DNA of 64,000 bases from Eledone cirrhosa (lineage: Eukaryota). How positions within the stretch are numbered: position 1 is the stretch's first letter; each line of letters begins with the position of its first letter. A program made the position numbers and the translations under genes. The stretch spans positions 354,082,001-354,146,000 of the forward strand of contig OZ024743.1 in assembly GCA_964016885.1 (NCBI GenBank), written 5' to 3'. Positions 1 to 13,786 of this stretch are shown piece after piece. The notes under the pieces were generated by a model that was given only the letters and a program-made list of their open reading frames with translations, made no database searches and was not told the origin of the DNA.

Positions 1-59
<59 letters not shown>

Positions 60-427
60 CTCACACACATATATATATTTCATAGATGAAAATGATTTGT
101 GTGTTCAGTGGTCTATTTAGATCTGAATTTCTTCCACCACATCAGATCATATGAAAATAATTAGCGGCAAAAACAATATTGCATTAGCAATAAATAGAGA
201 AATAAAAAATTGGATAATAAAGAACCAAACATACATACGTATATATAGTTATACACACACACACACACACATGCATACACATATACACGCACACACATAC
301 ACACACACATATATATACATATATTTACATATGAATATTTATATATGTATACTTTTATGTATACTCACACGCGTATATTACTACATTACTGTGGTAACGT
401 TTATCTCTGGCTAATTTTTCTTTCTCT

Positions 428-429
<2 letters not shown>

Positions 430-525
<96 letters not shown>

Positions 526-536
526 ACACACGCACA

Positions 537-588
<52 letters not shown>

Positions 589-637
589 TACACACACACA
601 CACATACACACACACACACATACACACACACACAGAC

Positions 638-675
<38 letters not shown>

Positions 676-687
676 ACACACACACAG

Positions 688-721
<34 letters not shown>

Positions 722-744
722 ACACACACACAGACACACACACA

Positions 745-792
<48 letters not shown>

Positions 793-841
793 TACACACA
801 CACACATACACACACACACACATACACACACACACACAGAC

Positions 842-916
<75 letters not shown>
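430..916. repeat. (CA)n microsatellite, imperfect, followed by (TA)n
   Basis: Direct reading; source of the THTH/CVCV pseudo-ORFs. Confidence 0.98.
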
Positions 917-918
<2 letters not shown>

Positions 919-2369
919 GGTGTGTGTATGTGTGTATTAGTAGGACTAACACAAGTGCAGCTCGACTAGATTTGTCTAACAGTTGCTGTTTTATCAAGAG
1001 TGCCTCATCTTGCTACATTAACAGGCCTTGGATTTATTCACTTGAATGTAAGTACATTCGGTATCAGTGCATATAAAATAAACATCTTAATTAAACACCG
1101 TTTGTATTCACACACCTCCACACACGCGTACACTCCACTTGCACGCTTATATCTATTAGGTTCCACAAGATAGAATGCAGGGTATTGTATAAATAAAATT
1201 ATTCGGTCTCGATGCTTGAACAAAGTGTATATTTATTTTTAAAAGTTTCACCATTGAAAAAACGTATATTAGAATAGACACTTTGTAAAGTAACTCATAT
1301 TTACTGTAAATTTTATGATAATTATAAAACACCATTAAGTATTGGACTATGTAAGACCAGTATCCTATGAAGGTGTACCAATAGGTTCATATAATGAAAC
1401 TGGATTCTTAGGGTGTTCCAAGGAACACATTTCTATTAGATACTCTTCGCTGGGCTATTTTACACGCCAAAATTGATAAAATTTAAACTGAAAAAATAAT
1501 CTGCTAAAACGTTTGGAAGTGCTTTTTCATTTTTCCTTAGATTGGTGCTGATCCAAAGAATGATATGATATAGGAAAGTAGATGATATTTAGTTCAAATG
1601 TTAATGTTTAATATTGAGGAGAAAATAGTAAATAAAACAGATGTATTAAAAAGTCAACTATGAGAGATCAAAATTATTTAATTGGCACTTAGAGAAGAGA
1701 CAGCATTTCGTAAATCATCCTGATCTTGTGTTTAGATAATACCGGAATGATTGATGTTATTCAAAATTAATCTTTAATAAGGTGAACATAAGTTGAACGT
1801 TATAGATCCCTTTATATGTTGACCGATCCTATCGAGTATTTTCCACTTGAAGACAGTAATCATTTTCGTAATGTACAGCTTAAAACGGAACACATTAGTT
1901 GGTTCACACCGAACAATAAACTAATACAATGATATACTATATTGAAATTAAAAAAAGCAACAACACTTTATCAACAACAAACCATAAACATGTAAATCAA
2001 AGAACAAACGACAAATAATTAATTTGATTCATAAATTTAATTGTAACAGTGAAAGTTGTATATTTCATAATTTCGACTGTTACAGGTAAGTATAATACTT
2101 ACAGGCTCAATGTGCAATTAGTACGAAGAATAATTGTAGCATACTACGCCATATAACAATACTAGATAGCAAGGTATTAGTGGACAATACATCCATATTA
2201 TATCGAATTCCTGAAGAAATAAATGATTATTTAAGAGGTTCATATTTAACGACACACGAAACTGGAATAAGCTCCAGTCTGGTGTTTCTCATGACTAAAA
2301 TAGACTGTTTCTAACTGTATGTATGTATGTATGTATGTATGTATGTATGTATGTATGTATGTATGTATT

Positions 2370-2575
2370 TAAACTTGGAAACTGGGATAACTCCGACATA
2401 AAACATTCGGCTCAGCAGTTACCGATGATGTTGATCTATTCATCTTTTCGGGTTATAGCTACTGTCGCTCAGAGAGTGGGATTGGCTCAGTGCACAGTCT
2501 TTCCTCACTTAAAAAAAATTCTTCACTCACAGGGCATTGCACGACAAAATTAATTGATAATTATTAATAATGGTT
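2370..2575 (+). mobile_element. Partial copy of RTE-derived non-autonomous element
   Basis: Matches 60912-61107 (ggaaactgggataactccga...gggattggctcagtgcacagtctttcctcac); preceded by (TATG)n. Confidence 0.75.
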
Positions 2576-2780
2576 TCTTATATAGGCACAAGGCCAGCAT
2601 ATTTTTGGGGAAGGGGAAGCCGATCAAATCGACCCTAGTGCATGACTGGTACTTTATTTTATCGACCCCGTAAGGATGAAAGGCAAAGTTAACCTCGGCG
2701 GGATTTGATCTCAGACCGTAAAGGTGCGTAACTCTATGCTGCAAAGCATGGTGTCCGATCTTTTACCGAGACTATCAATG
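2572..2780 (-). mobile_element. tRNA-derived SINE with Meta-type central domain
   Basis: Reverse complement has B-box-like gatcaaatccc then tttgcctttcatccttacggggtcgataaaataaagtaccag; many copies in window. Confidence 0.8.
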
Positions 2781-2996
2781 TTAATCTGTTCTTCCTATCG
2801 GATTATAGCTATTTATGCTCAATTAGGAGGTTGGTCCAGTCCAAGGTCTTTTCCTATAAAAATCTTTACACACATGCATCACTCGATATCATATGATCTT
2901 TGAATGATGTAAATAGCTTACCGTTAACACCCAGAAGAGTCAAAATGATATCGTGTATAGCCATACCCTATCACTGGGTGGCTGCCATCATATGTC

Positions 2997-3038
<42 letters not shown>

Positions 3039-3126
3039 CAAGCGCACACATACACACACACAAACACATATATATACTTCATTCATTTACCAGTTTTAGT
3101 TATACTGGGTTTTAGTCGTACTGGGG

Positions 3127-3223
<97 letters not shown>

Positions 3224-3226
3224 ATG

Positions 3227-3813
3227 TGTAGTGAAACCGTAAACCGGGTCTCCCTGCACCAAGCTTTAACACCCCGGCGGGCAGGCGCTGCAAAAAACAT
3301 CCGGAAACTAACCATGCGTCCCAGACCCGGCATGAATCGACCCACGTGGGCAGGCGCTGAAAACAAACGTCTCGAAACAAACGTGCATACCTGACCTTGT
3401 GCGTATCGACAATGGTAAGGTAGTAGCCACATACTAGTAACGGATAAAAAATTTGTCAGGAAAAGACTGCCCTAACACCGGCCAGAGTATTCTCCCTTGA
3501 CCTACTGCAAAATCAATACATGTTTTTTACGAAGATTGAACTCTGACGTAAACTTATCTCTAAAAACCCATTCCGAGTCATGTAAGGAACACTTTTTAGT
3601 TATTTATGCCCTTGAGAAGCCCATTCGGGCGAAACGTACGTAGGTGCTGTTTTAAATAAACATGTTTTAACAGTTTGTTCTTCTATATTTATTTCTCCAC
3701 GTGCTTACGCTCTGCTAATTCTCTCGCCCGCTAGATATTAACACTTCTAATATTTAACACTGCCGGCACTAGTATTGAGCACCCTTTGCATTCGCTATTG
3801 GCAAATAACTACA
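3227..3813 (+). mobile_element. Non-coding hammerhead-containing element (PLE pseudo-LTR or LTR-like)
   Basis: GC-richer island starting in (TA)n; HHR at 3608, AATAAA at 3655, gtattgagcacc near end; ends TGTAGT...ACTACA. Confidence 0.5.
3608..3647 (+). ncRNA. Type I hammerhead ribozyme, U3:A8 core variant
   Basis: gccc-TTGAGAA-gccc attc gggc-GAAAC gtac GTA-ggtgc; palindromic stem III; stem I needs one bulge. Confidence 0.65.
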
Positions 3814-4208
3814 TGTATCACCTATCCCTCCTTCTCTCTGTTGATACGTAAATATTCTATCTTCGTTTTTTCCGTTCATTGCCAGAGAACGTCTCTATGA
3901 ACCACCTAATAGAATGTTAGTCTATGACTTCATTTATACCATAAACGTGGTTTTGTCTTTGCGTGTAATTGTTTTTCAACGCTCCTATTAATGACGTATT
4001 ATATTGTTTTTTCCCGTTCTTTGCCAGGAAACGTTTCCACGAACAAAAGTATCGTCTTCCCGTCTTCCCCCGGTTGCAACGTTTTATTGAAATATTCACT
4101 TCTGCGTTCACAGATAGACTTTGTTAGTTTCAGAAGATCCCGTTAAGGGTGAAAGCAATGATTCTTTGCTTAAACTTTAATCTGTTATTTTAATAAATAA
4201 ATAAATAA

Positions 4209-4244
<36 letters not shown>

Positions 4245-5129
4245 GAGTGTATGTGTGAACATACACAACCCCCCCCCCCTCCAAAAAATATATATATACA
4301 AAGATATAAGGACTATTTAAAAATATTTCTTCTCCTTTTTCTCTCTCCCACGATCAACATTACTCCCACCATCATTGCTACCATTACCAAAGGGAATCTG
4401 ATCCTGATACGTCACATCATCCTCATCACCTCTCCTGAATTATGAATTTTCCAAGCTTTTCTCTCCCTTCTTCTTCTTCTTCTTCTTCTTCTTCTTCTTC
4501 TTCTTCTTCTTCTTCTTCTTCTTCTCCTGATCCTCCCCCTCCTCCCCCTTTCTTCTTCTTCTTCTTCTTCTTCTTCTTCTTCTACCTCCCCCTCTTTCTC
4601 CACTCGCTCTCCCCTCTTTCTTTCTTTCTCTCTCTCTTTCTCTCTCTCTCTACCAGATTTCTCTTCGAATCCGAGAGATAGATATGAAAACAATTAGAAG
4701 AAAAATATTTAAGGAGAAAAATAGGAACATAGAAAAATTACAACATACCAAAAAAACAAAAAGAAAGAAACCCCTAATCATAACAACTACAACAACTACA
4801 ACAACTACACAGAAAACAACAACAATTATACACTATCAACAACTACAATTGCAACAACTACAACATCGACGATATTCATCACTATTTCGGAATAAACTAC
4901 AGTCATCAATGATATACATCAGGGGGAATGTGCTTTCCCGTTTATATGCACATGAGGTCATTGAATACGCTGTGTTTGTGTGATATATGATATAGTGCAG
5001 TAGTGTGAGATATGATAGAGTATCATATGCTTGATATAATCACATTATCTCATTCCTTCCGGTTTTATTGCCTCAAACGTACGCATAAATGTAATGTGAT
5101 AAACTTAATCAGACATAAAGATTTGTATA

Positions 5130-6640
<1,511 letters not shown>

Positions 6641-6695
6641 TAGAAAGATAAACGTAAACATTGTTTTCTCAGTCCGATTTGACGAAAGTCAATCG

Positions 6696-6749
<54 letters not shown>

Positions 6750-7275
6750 GGGGCGATACATGTGTGTGTGTGTGTGTTTATTTATTTGTGTGTTTGTGTG
6801 TGTGTGTGTGTGCATTAATCTACAGTCGCTAATCATATCTACAGATATAAAATCATCGAGATATGGATATTTATTAGCTCCCATTAGCCTAAATCTTGTG
6901 ATATTTCTATATCACACACCATCCCTAATGAGATGGTATTTACAAATTTCTACCAAAAAAGTAATAAAGATTATTATATCTAGGATTAGGTTTACTCGTA
7001 TGCTATCCATTCCATTTTCTCAGCATTTTCTGCCTTCTCCCCTTTACACTGGACATACCAACGAGTTTCATTGGGGTGTATCATGCTACGGCAATGGCCG
7101 CCCTCTCATTCACCCACACCACGAGTATCAATTTAAAAATTATCTATAGTGTATTTAAAGTGAAGCCCTAATCCAAAGTTGGAGTTTTATTGTTGATACC
7201 GTTTTCTCCTCTTACACCCCTCATTTACTCCTTTCTTATCCCCTTTTCCCATCTCTCTCGTTATACACACATGCA

Positions 7276-7403
<128 letters not shown>

Positions 7404-7463
7404 CACACACATATATATATATGTGTATTGACTGTGTGTGCTTGTTTTATATATATATATATA

Positions 7464-7871
7464 TTGTTATACTTTGGGAGGGTCATGTTGCCAATAAGAA
7501 ACACACGCACCAGTTGCTTTCACTTCAAACTGAGCACACACACAGAAACAAAATGGCGTAGGACAGAAGAAAGGAAAGGCACAGAAACAAAGAAAGGAAT
7601 CCCCAGTAACTGAAGAGGTCACAGAGTGTGTGACGAAAGGACTATGACTATATATAAACAACTATCTGGTTGTGGAACCAACCAACCAACCAACCAGAAA
7701 TTTATACATTTGTAGATTTGTAAATTTATAAATTTATAAATATATAATAAATTGAAGTGAAAGCAACTGGTGCGTGTGTTTCTTATTGGCAACATGACCC
7801 TCCCAAAGTATAACAATATCGGTTTCAACACACGATTTCAGATAAAGAATCTTGCTAAACAAATTCAGAAA

Positions 7872-7873
<2 letters not shown>
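7464..7873 (+). mobile_element. PLE pseudo-LTR/3' end with 5' inverted segment
   Basis: 7530-7873 matches 28650-28983 (3' UTR of a GIY-YIG ORF); 7464-7528 is the reverse complement of 7752-7817; flanked by (TA)n. Confidence 0.85.
7606..7648 (+). ncRNA. Type I hammerhead ribozyme
   Basis: gtaa-CTGAAGA-g gtcac..gtgac-GAAAG ga CTA-tgac; one stem I mismatch relative to the 28733 copy. Confidence 0.6.
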
Positions 7874-7953
<80 letters not shown>

Positions 7954-8255
7954 ATGAAAGCAGCGATTCTTTGCTTTAACTTTAATCTGTTATTTTAATA
8001 AATATTTGCTCTACGGTTCTTATATATTTGATATATATTTATCCTTCTCGAGCCCTCTTTGGATTTTAGTCTTCAAATTTATTATTATTACTATATATGT
8101 ATATATATATATATAACAAGCATATATATATATAAAAGTTATATTCTAGGTTCAATCGGGGTTAACCACAGTAAGTAAGGTACTCAATACATAGCAGAGT
8201 ATATATATTTAATATAGAAATGGCTTCTACAGGACTAGAACTGTTTCATCAGGAA

Positions 8256-8304
8256 GCTTCCTGATGATTTCTCCCGAATGAAACAGTTCTATTCCTGTAG
8301 AAGC
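8256..8304 (+). ncRNA. Type I hammerhead ribozyme (family A)
   Basis: gcttc-CTGATGA-t ttc tccc gaa t-GAAACAG ttctattc CTGTA-gaagc; GUA site. Confidence 0.75.
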
Positions 8305-8308
8305 CATT

Positions 8309-8373
<65 letters not shown>

Positions 8374-8378
8374 TGAGA

Positions 8379-8423
8379 TTCTACAGGACTAGAACTGTTT
8401 CATTCTTTAGAAATCATCAGGAA
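8379..8423 (-). ncRNA. Type I hammerhead ribozyme (family A)
   Basis: ttc-CTGATGA-tttctaaagaat-GAAACAG..CTGTA-gaa on minus strand. Confidence 0.65.
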
Positions 8424-9300
8424 ACTTTTATACTCTGCAATGTATTGAGTACCTTACTTACTGTGGTTACCTCCGATTCAACCCGGAATAACGTATATAT
8501 ATATATATATATTTGAAAAAAAGGAAAAGAATGACTTCACTTGTAGTGTTAAATAATTTGATTTAATGTTATAATATTATATTATTATGAGTTGGTAGAT
8601 ATAATAAGTTCTTTGTTAACTTCGGTGTGAATAATTTTAAAGATTCCTGGTTAACTTTCTTGGAGAACATTCTCGCATTCATCGGTGGCGATTGTCAAAC
8701 TGAGATCAGGTTGTGTTGAGATTTGTGACTATATATGAGAGATTTGGATGTATCTGAGGTGTGGAGTGTGGTGTTAATGAGTGTTGATGAAGATTTAAAG
8801 GAATTAAAGCCTACACACATACACTCACGCACACACACATACGTACACACACACATACATATATACTCACAGAAAATGGTGAGGCTGACATCAAGATAAG
8901 GGTGTTTAAGAAAGGCGTTGTAAAAATCCCCTCCTGCTGGTTTTATTTCAATAGATGACCTTTGATGAATATAATGGCAGGATGTTTTTCAAATTGGTTT
9001 CTTATAGCTGAATCAACTCTCTTAAATTTATGAAGAATATCTTCTACAAATTTCTATATCAAAGATGAATTTAGGTGCATGTCTGATGGTGGGGTCGTGG
9101 TGGTGGGTTTTAATGAGGTGTAAGATACATGTCATTTGATAAGAATGGGATGACAGTAAAAAGAGAAAAAGAGGATAGTTTTGGAACATTTGTCAGAAAA
9201 GTATGTTGTTGATATTGGTTTGGGAGAGGAAGTGTGGTGAGACACATATATATACTTAACTGTACCAAGGATCTCACCCATTTTCCCATATATATATATA

Positions 9301-10395
9301 TCAACCCGTGAGGAGGCGGATAAAATATACACGACATTCTCCAGCATGGACGTCAGTATAAAGTTCAGCATGGAACACCCAGATGACCGCGGATCCCTAT
9401 CCCTACTGGACTTCCAACTCAGCGTAACAGAGGAAGGCAACATCCACACCTGCTTCTATAAAAAAGCCGCCAGAAGGGACCTGTTCGTACATTTCAGATC
9501 GGCGCTCCCAGCCGGCGCTAAGTTCGGATACATAAGGAACGAACTAACACGTATCCAGAACAAATCCACCGACGCTAGAGACCGAGACACACACACCACA
9601 TTTCCTGGAAGTACTCAAACTGAACGGATACCCGACGTCCACCACGAACCGTGCCAGAAAGAACAGAGGATACCACACCCGAGGCACTAACACCTGCTTC
9701 CTGAAGCTCCCACACTTCAGTGACGAAACAACAACAGCCATCCGCAGAGCTATCAGACGAGAGGGACTAGGTATCCAACTAGCCCACTCAGGACCTTCTC
9801 TACGCGGACGGCTAACCAAAAGTTAGGATAGAAACTAAGGAAAGAAACCTCGGCAATCTTAGAATTAAGGAAGCACTGATTATAGACAAAACACAACCAC
9901 CAATCAATAATAGACTAGAACTCAACACCCAATTTATAACTTGATAGAGCACCTAGCCCCATACTGACACCCCCCTCACACACAGACACACGCTTACACC
10001 TACACTTATTCTCTCTCACACACACACATACAAACACAAAGACCAGTTTTAACACAATAGACCATCTATCCCCACATTTACGTATAGACATATCTTCTCA
10101 CACTCACACACACACACACATACTTACACCTTCACACACACTTAAACATACATGAACAAAACCCCTTTATGCACCTAACCTTCACTCTTTGACATTAGAG
10201 ATAGAACAGATTCTCTTTACCATTTCCTGTCAGCATCACTTGGTAAGCTATTTAGAACGCTGGTTTAACCACTTTACTTCCCTATGAAGAAGAGATATTA
10301 TCTCGAAAATAAAGGATATTTAAATAAATTTAAGGGAAAAGACTAATTGTCAACAATATCTTTTGCATTTGTTTGGCTTTACAAATACAAACGTT
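9301..10395 (+). pseudogene. 5'-truncated, internally deleted Penelope-like element (RT C-terminus plus GIY-YIG tail)
   Basis: IKFSMEHP..SLSLLDFQL..FYKK..FVHFRSALP..K, then FLKLPH and RIKEALIIDKTQPPIN; frameshifted; degenerate HHR near 10283. Confidence 0.85.
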
Positions 10396-10447
<52 letters not shown>

Positions 10448-10470
10448 ACAACATTTAATAGAGAAATGGG

Positions 10471-10518
10471 TTCTACAGGACTGAAACTGTTTCATTCGTA
10501 AAATGAAATCATCAGGAA
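10471..10518 (-). ncRNA. Type I hammerhead ribozyme (family A) in a fold-back pair
   Basis: Minus copy has intact core; the mirror plus copy 10525-10570 has GTA changed to GGA. Confidence 0.6.
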
Positions 10519-10656
10519 TCGGAATTCCTGATGATTCGATACGAATGAAACAGTTCTAGTCCTGGATAAGTCATTTCTATATTAAATTTTGTTATTTTCA
10601 GTCTACAAATTTATTTGGTACCTTATTTAACCTGGTTACTCACGCTTTCACTTGGG

Positions 10657-10747
<91 letters not shown>

Positions 10748-10859
10748 TATCTCTCTCTCTCTATATATATATTTGTCGATTGACTTTCGTCAAATCGGAC
10801 CGAGAAAACAATGTTTACAATCTTTCCAATTGCTAATACTATCTATCGGTCGCAACTGC

Positions 10860-10984
10860 AGGTAGATGGAGCAACATGAAATAAAGTGTCTTGCTCAAGG
10901 ACATAACGCATCACTCGGTCCAGGAATCAAACAGACAACATCATGGTTGCGAATTCAGTTCTCTAACCAATCAGCCACACGCCT
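10860..10984 (-). mobile_element. tRNA-derived SINE with CORE-like domain
   Basis: Reverse complement: A-box-like ggcgtgtggctgattggttag, B-box-like gtttgattcc, then tgtccttgagcaagacactt. Confidence 0.7.
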
Positions 10985-11250
10985 TTATATATATCAGATA
11001 ACCTAGCGCAGTTGTATTTGCAAAAAGGCAACTCCAGTTGATTTATTTGAGGTAGTCTGTATAAACTAAATAAGTTAAGAACTGAATGCTTTGTTTCAGT
11101 GTAGACTTTTACGATACTTAAAAAACCATGAATAATCTTTTATATTACGAGTACTAAGAGGTTATATATATATTCCTTCTGTTGTTTACTTGTCTCACTC
11201 GCTTTACGCATTTCACTTGTCCCAATAGCTTATTTTAGTTATTGCTCGCA

Positions 11251-11320
11251 CCAACATGAGGTATCTGATTTTTAATGCGATGAAATACCAATGATGGTTG
11301 GCAAATCACTGATGAGGGAC
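11251..11320 (+). ncRNA. Non-circularly permuted hammerhead motif, copy A
   Basis: ggtaTC|tgattt..GAAAtacc..aaatca-CTGATGA; stems I and III complementary. Confidence 0.7.
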
Positions 11321-11786
11321 TACTTTTATAATATGTAATCCATGTGCAACCATGCAGTATTCTTCTCCCCTTGTTTTTCATATATATTTACCTAAACTGC
11401 GATTATCTATTTCTCTCTTTCTCTCTTACTGCTCCCCCGTTCTCTCTGTTTCTCTTACCCTCTTTCGCCCCCTCTGTCAGTTAACACTTTCTCTCGACTG
11501 ACCTCTTCCTCGCACTTCCACTCACTCACTCTCTTTTTCTCCCCTTCTCACTTCCTCCCGTTCGCTAGTAGTGGGGTTCCTTCTTTCTCACACCGCATTC
11601 ACGGCGTACGGTCTTCTTCTCTGACCGCTCATGAAATTCACCCAGATTATGCTGATCGGATAACCATCATGTTGCTTGCTGTTTTTCCAACCTTCGGTTT
11701 GCTTTTCCTTCTTGTTGTTTACTTGTCTCACTCGCTTTACGCGTTTCACTTGTCCCAATAGCTTATTTTAGTTATTGCTCCTCGCA

Positions 11787-11856
11787 CCAACCTGAGGTAT
11801 CTGATTTTTAATGCGATGAAATACCAATGATGGTTGGCAAATCACTGATGAGGGAC
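11787..11856 (+). ncRNA. Non-circularly permuted hammerhead motif with K-turn, copy B
   Basis: ccaac CTGA ggtaTC|tgattt ttaatgcgat GAAAtacc aat GATG gttgg c aaatca CTGATGA g. Confidence 0.75.
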
Positions 11857-11915
11857 TAATTTTATAATATGTAATCCATGTGCAACCATGCAGTATTCTT
11901 CTCCCATTGTTTTTC

Positions 11916-11983
<68 letters not shown>

Positions 11984-12036
11984 TCGTATATTTATATATA
12001 TATATGTGTGTGTGTGTATGTGTATATGTATATATG

Positions 12037-12129
<93 letters not shown>

Positions 12130-12199
12130 CCTCTTAGTACATATACATACATACAAACATATATACATATACACACATATATATATATATATATATACA

Positions 12200-12231
<32 letters not shown>

Positions 12232-12604
12232 CACGCACACGCATATAGGTATATATATATATATACATATATGTAATACCACGTCAACCTCTAATTCAAC
12301 AAATATCCTCCATAGCAGATGTTTTCTCTCTTGAAATTATGTGTAGTTTTATACATTTTTATGTTTCCGAATTACTAAACATATTGATGTTTAACATATG
12401 TCGTTATATATTCATATATTTTCCTCCGTTTCGTGGTTGTGGAATGTTACTTGTATATGGATTTAATCTCAATATACTAAATTGTAAATAAAATGATGAA
12501 ATTATTATTTAAAATCCTTTCTATCCATAGTGTTTTCCATCTGCATTTTGTCAAACATCCATAAATAGAAACCAAATGCACGCACACCCACACACAAACG
12601 CGAG

Positions 12605-12689
<85 letters not shown>

Positions 12690-12926
12690 CACACACTCAC
12701 ACACAAACACACACACACCTACATACACACATACATATACAGTCTGGACATTGAAGAAAAAATAGGTATATTTTTGTCTATTATTTCCTCGCATTTATAA
12801 TTTGATATATATATATATATATATTCCAAGATATGTCAACATGAATGGACCTGTTATTTTTATCTAAAGACATTTTTTCCAATTCCACCCCGCCCATCCC
12901 TTCAATCTATCTAATTTATCATTCTT

Positions 12927-12962
12927 TCTTCTGATGAAGGACTGGCGTCCGAAACGTTAAGA
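12927..12962 (+). ncRNA. Minimal type I hammerhead ribozyme
   Basis: tctt-CTGATGA-a ggac tggc gtcc-GAAACGTT-aaga; degenerate relative on minus strand near 41585-41645. Confidence 0.7.
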
Positions 12963-13027
12963 CCCTCTTCCTGCTATTTCAAGCGTTAACCTAATATATT
13001 CCAATTGTGTTGTTATTTCTGTTTACC

Positions 13028-13089
<62 letters not shown>

Positions 13090-13327
13090 GTCAAATAAAA
13101 CAACCGAGTTAATGACTCGCGTTTATCCCTGTAACTTAATGAGCTCAAGGGGAAATTACCGGGCTCTTCAAAATACAATATATAGCGGAGAATACACGAG
13201 AGAATGTGTTTTCAATTACAGGGGGTATAAGGCCGCTAGAGTGAAAAACATATAAACTACGAAAGGTATGGGAAATACATTATAATTAAAGTGGTAAATT
13301 AAAATGGATAAACCCACCATATGTACA

Positions 13328-13405
<78 letters not shown>

Positions 13406-13786
13406 TGTATGTGTGTATGTGTATAGGGTATAAGTGAAGAAATTATGAATATGACTTAATACCAAGTACCATACTGTTATTAATAGCTTTAGATACTCAT
13501 GTAAGTGCGTAAATAATATGAGAGCATAAGGAATGAATTCAACAGTAATTTTATTGGACACACGGGAGATGTGTTAGTTCCAGTTCTTAAGTAATCGTTT
13601 AAAATTCATTCTAGATTAACGAAGGTTTCTGGCACAAGAGAATCCGCTACGGTATGCAGATCAAAACTGTTCTGTCATCTTTAGAGGAAGATTTGTAAAT
13701 CGATGATTTATAATTTAAGCCTTAACTACTATAAATAGATGAAACTGTGATATTTCTATAGGTCAATAAAGTACATAAATGAACTG

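Larger units (their letters stand above)
8138..8492. mobile_element. Cluster of inverted/fold-back PLE pseudo-LTR fragments (family A)
   Basis: 8211-8250 inverted versus 8278-8316; 8432-8492 inverted versus 8138-8203; same family at 10450-10660. Confidence 0.75.
11173..11916 (+). mobile_element. Retrozyme-like non-coding element, about 1.4 tandem units (period ~536 bp)
   Basis: 11173-11380 repeated at 11705-11916; pyrimidine-rich body shared with 36304-36950 and 44847-45480; flanked by TA repeats. Confidence 0.8.

Noticed and set aside
151-1076. Long ORFs such as THTH/CVCV/IYIY here and throughout the window
   Set aside because: Translations of (CA)n and (TA)n microsatellites, which lack stop codons
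1150-2280. Possible ancient PLE GIY-YIG remnants (NFIYTIPC on minus, HKFNCNSE on plus) and cctgaaga..gaaac
   Set aside because: Too degenerate; no consistent frame or stems
4126-4200. Hammerhead-like cagaaga-tccc..gggt-gaaag; related fragment at 7951
   Set aside because: Core U4 altered and stems I/III do not pair; at most a decayed copy
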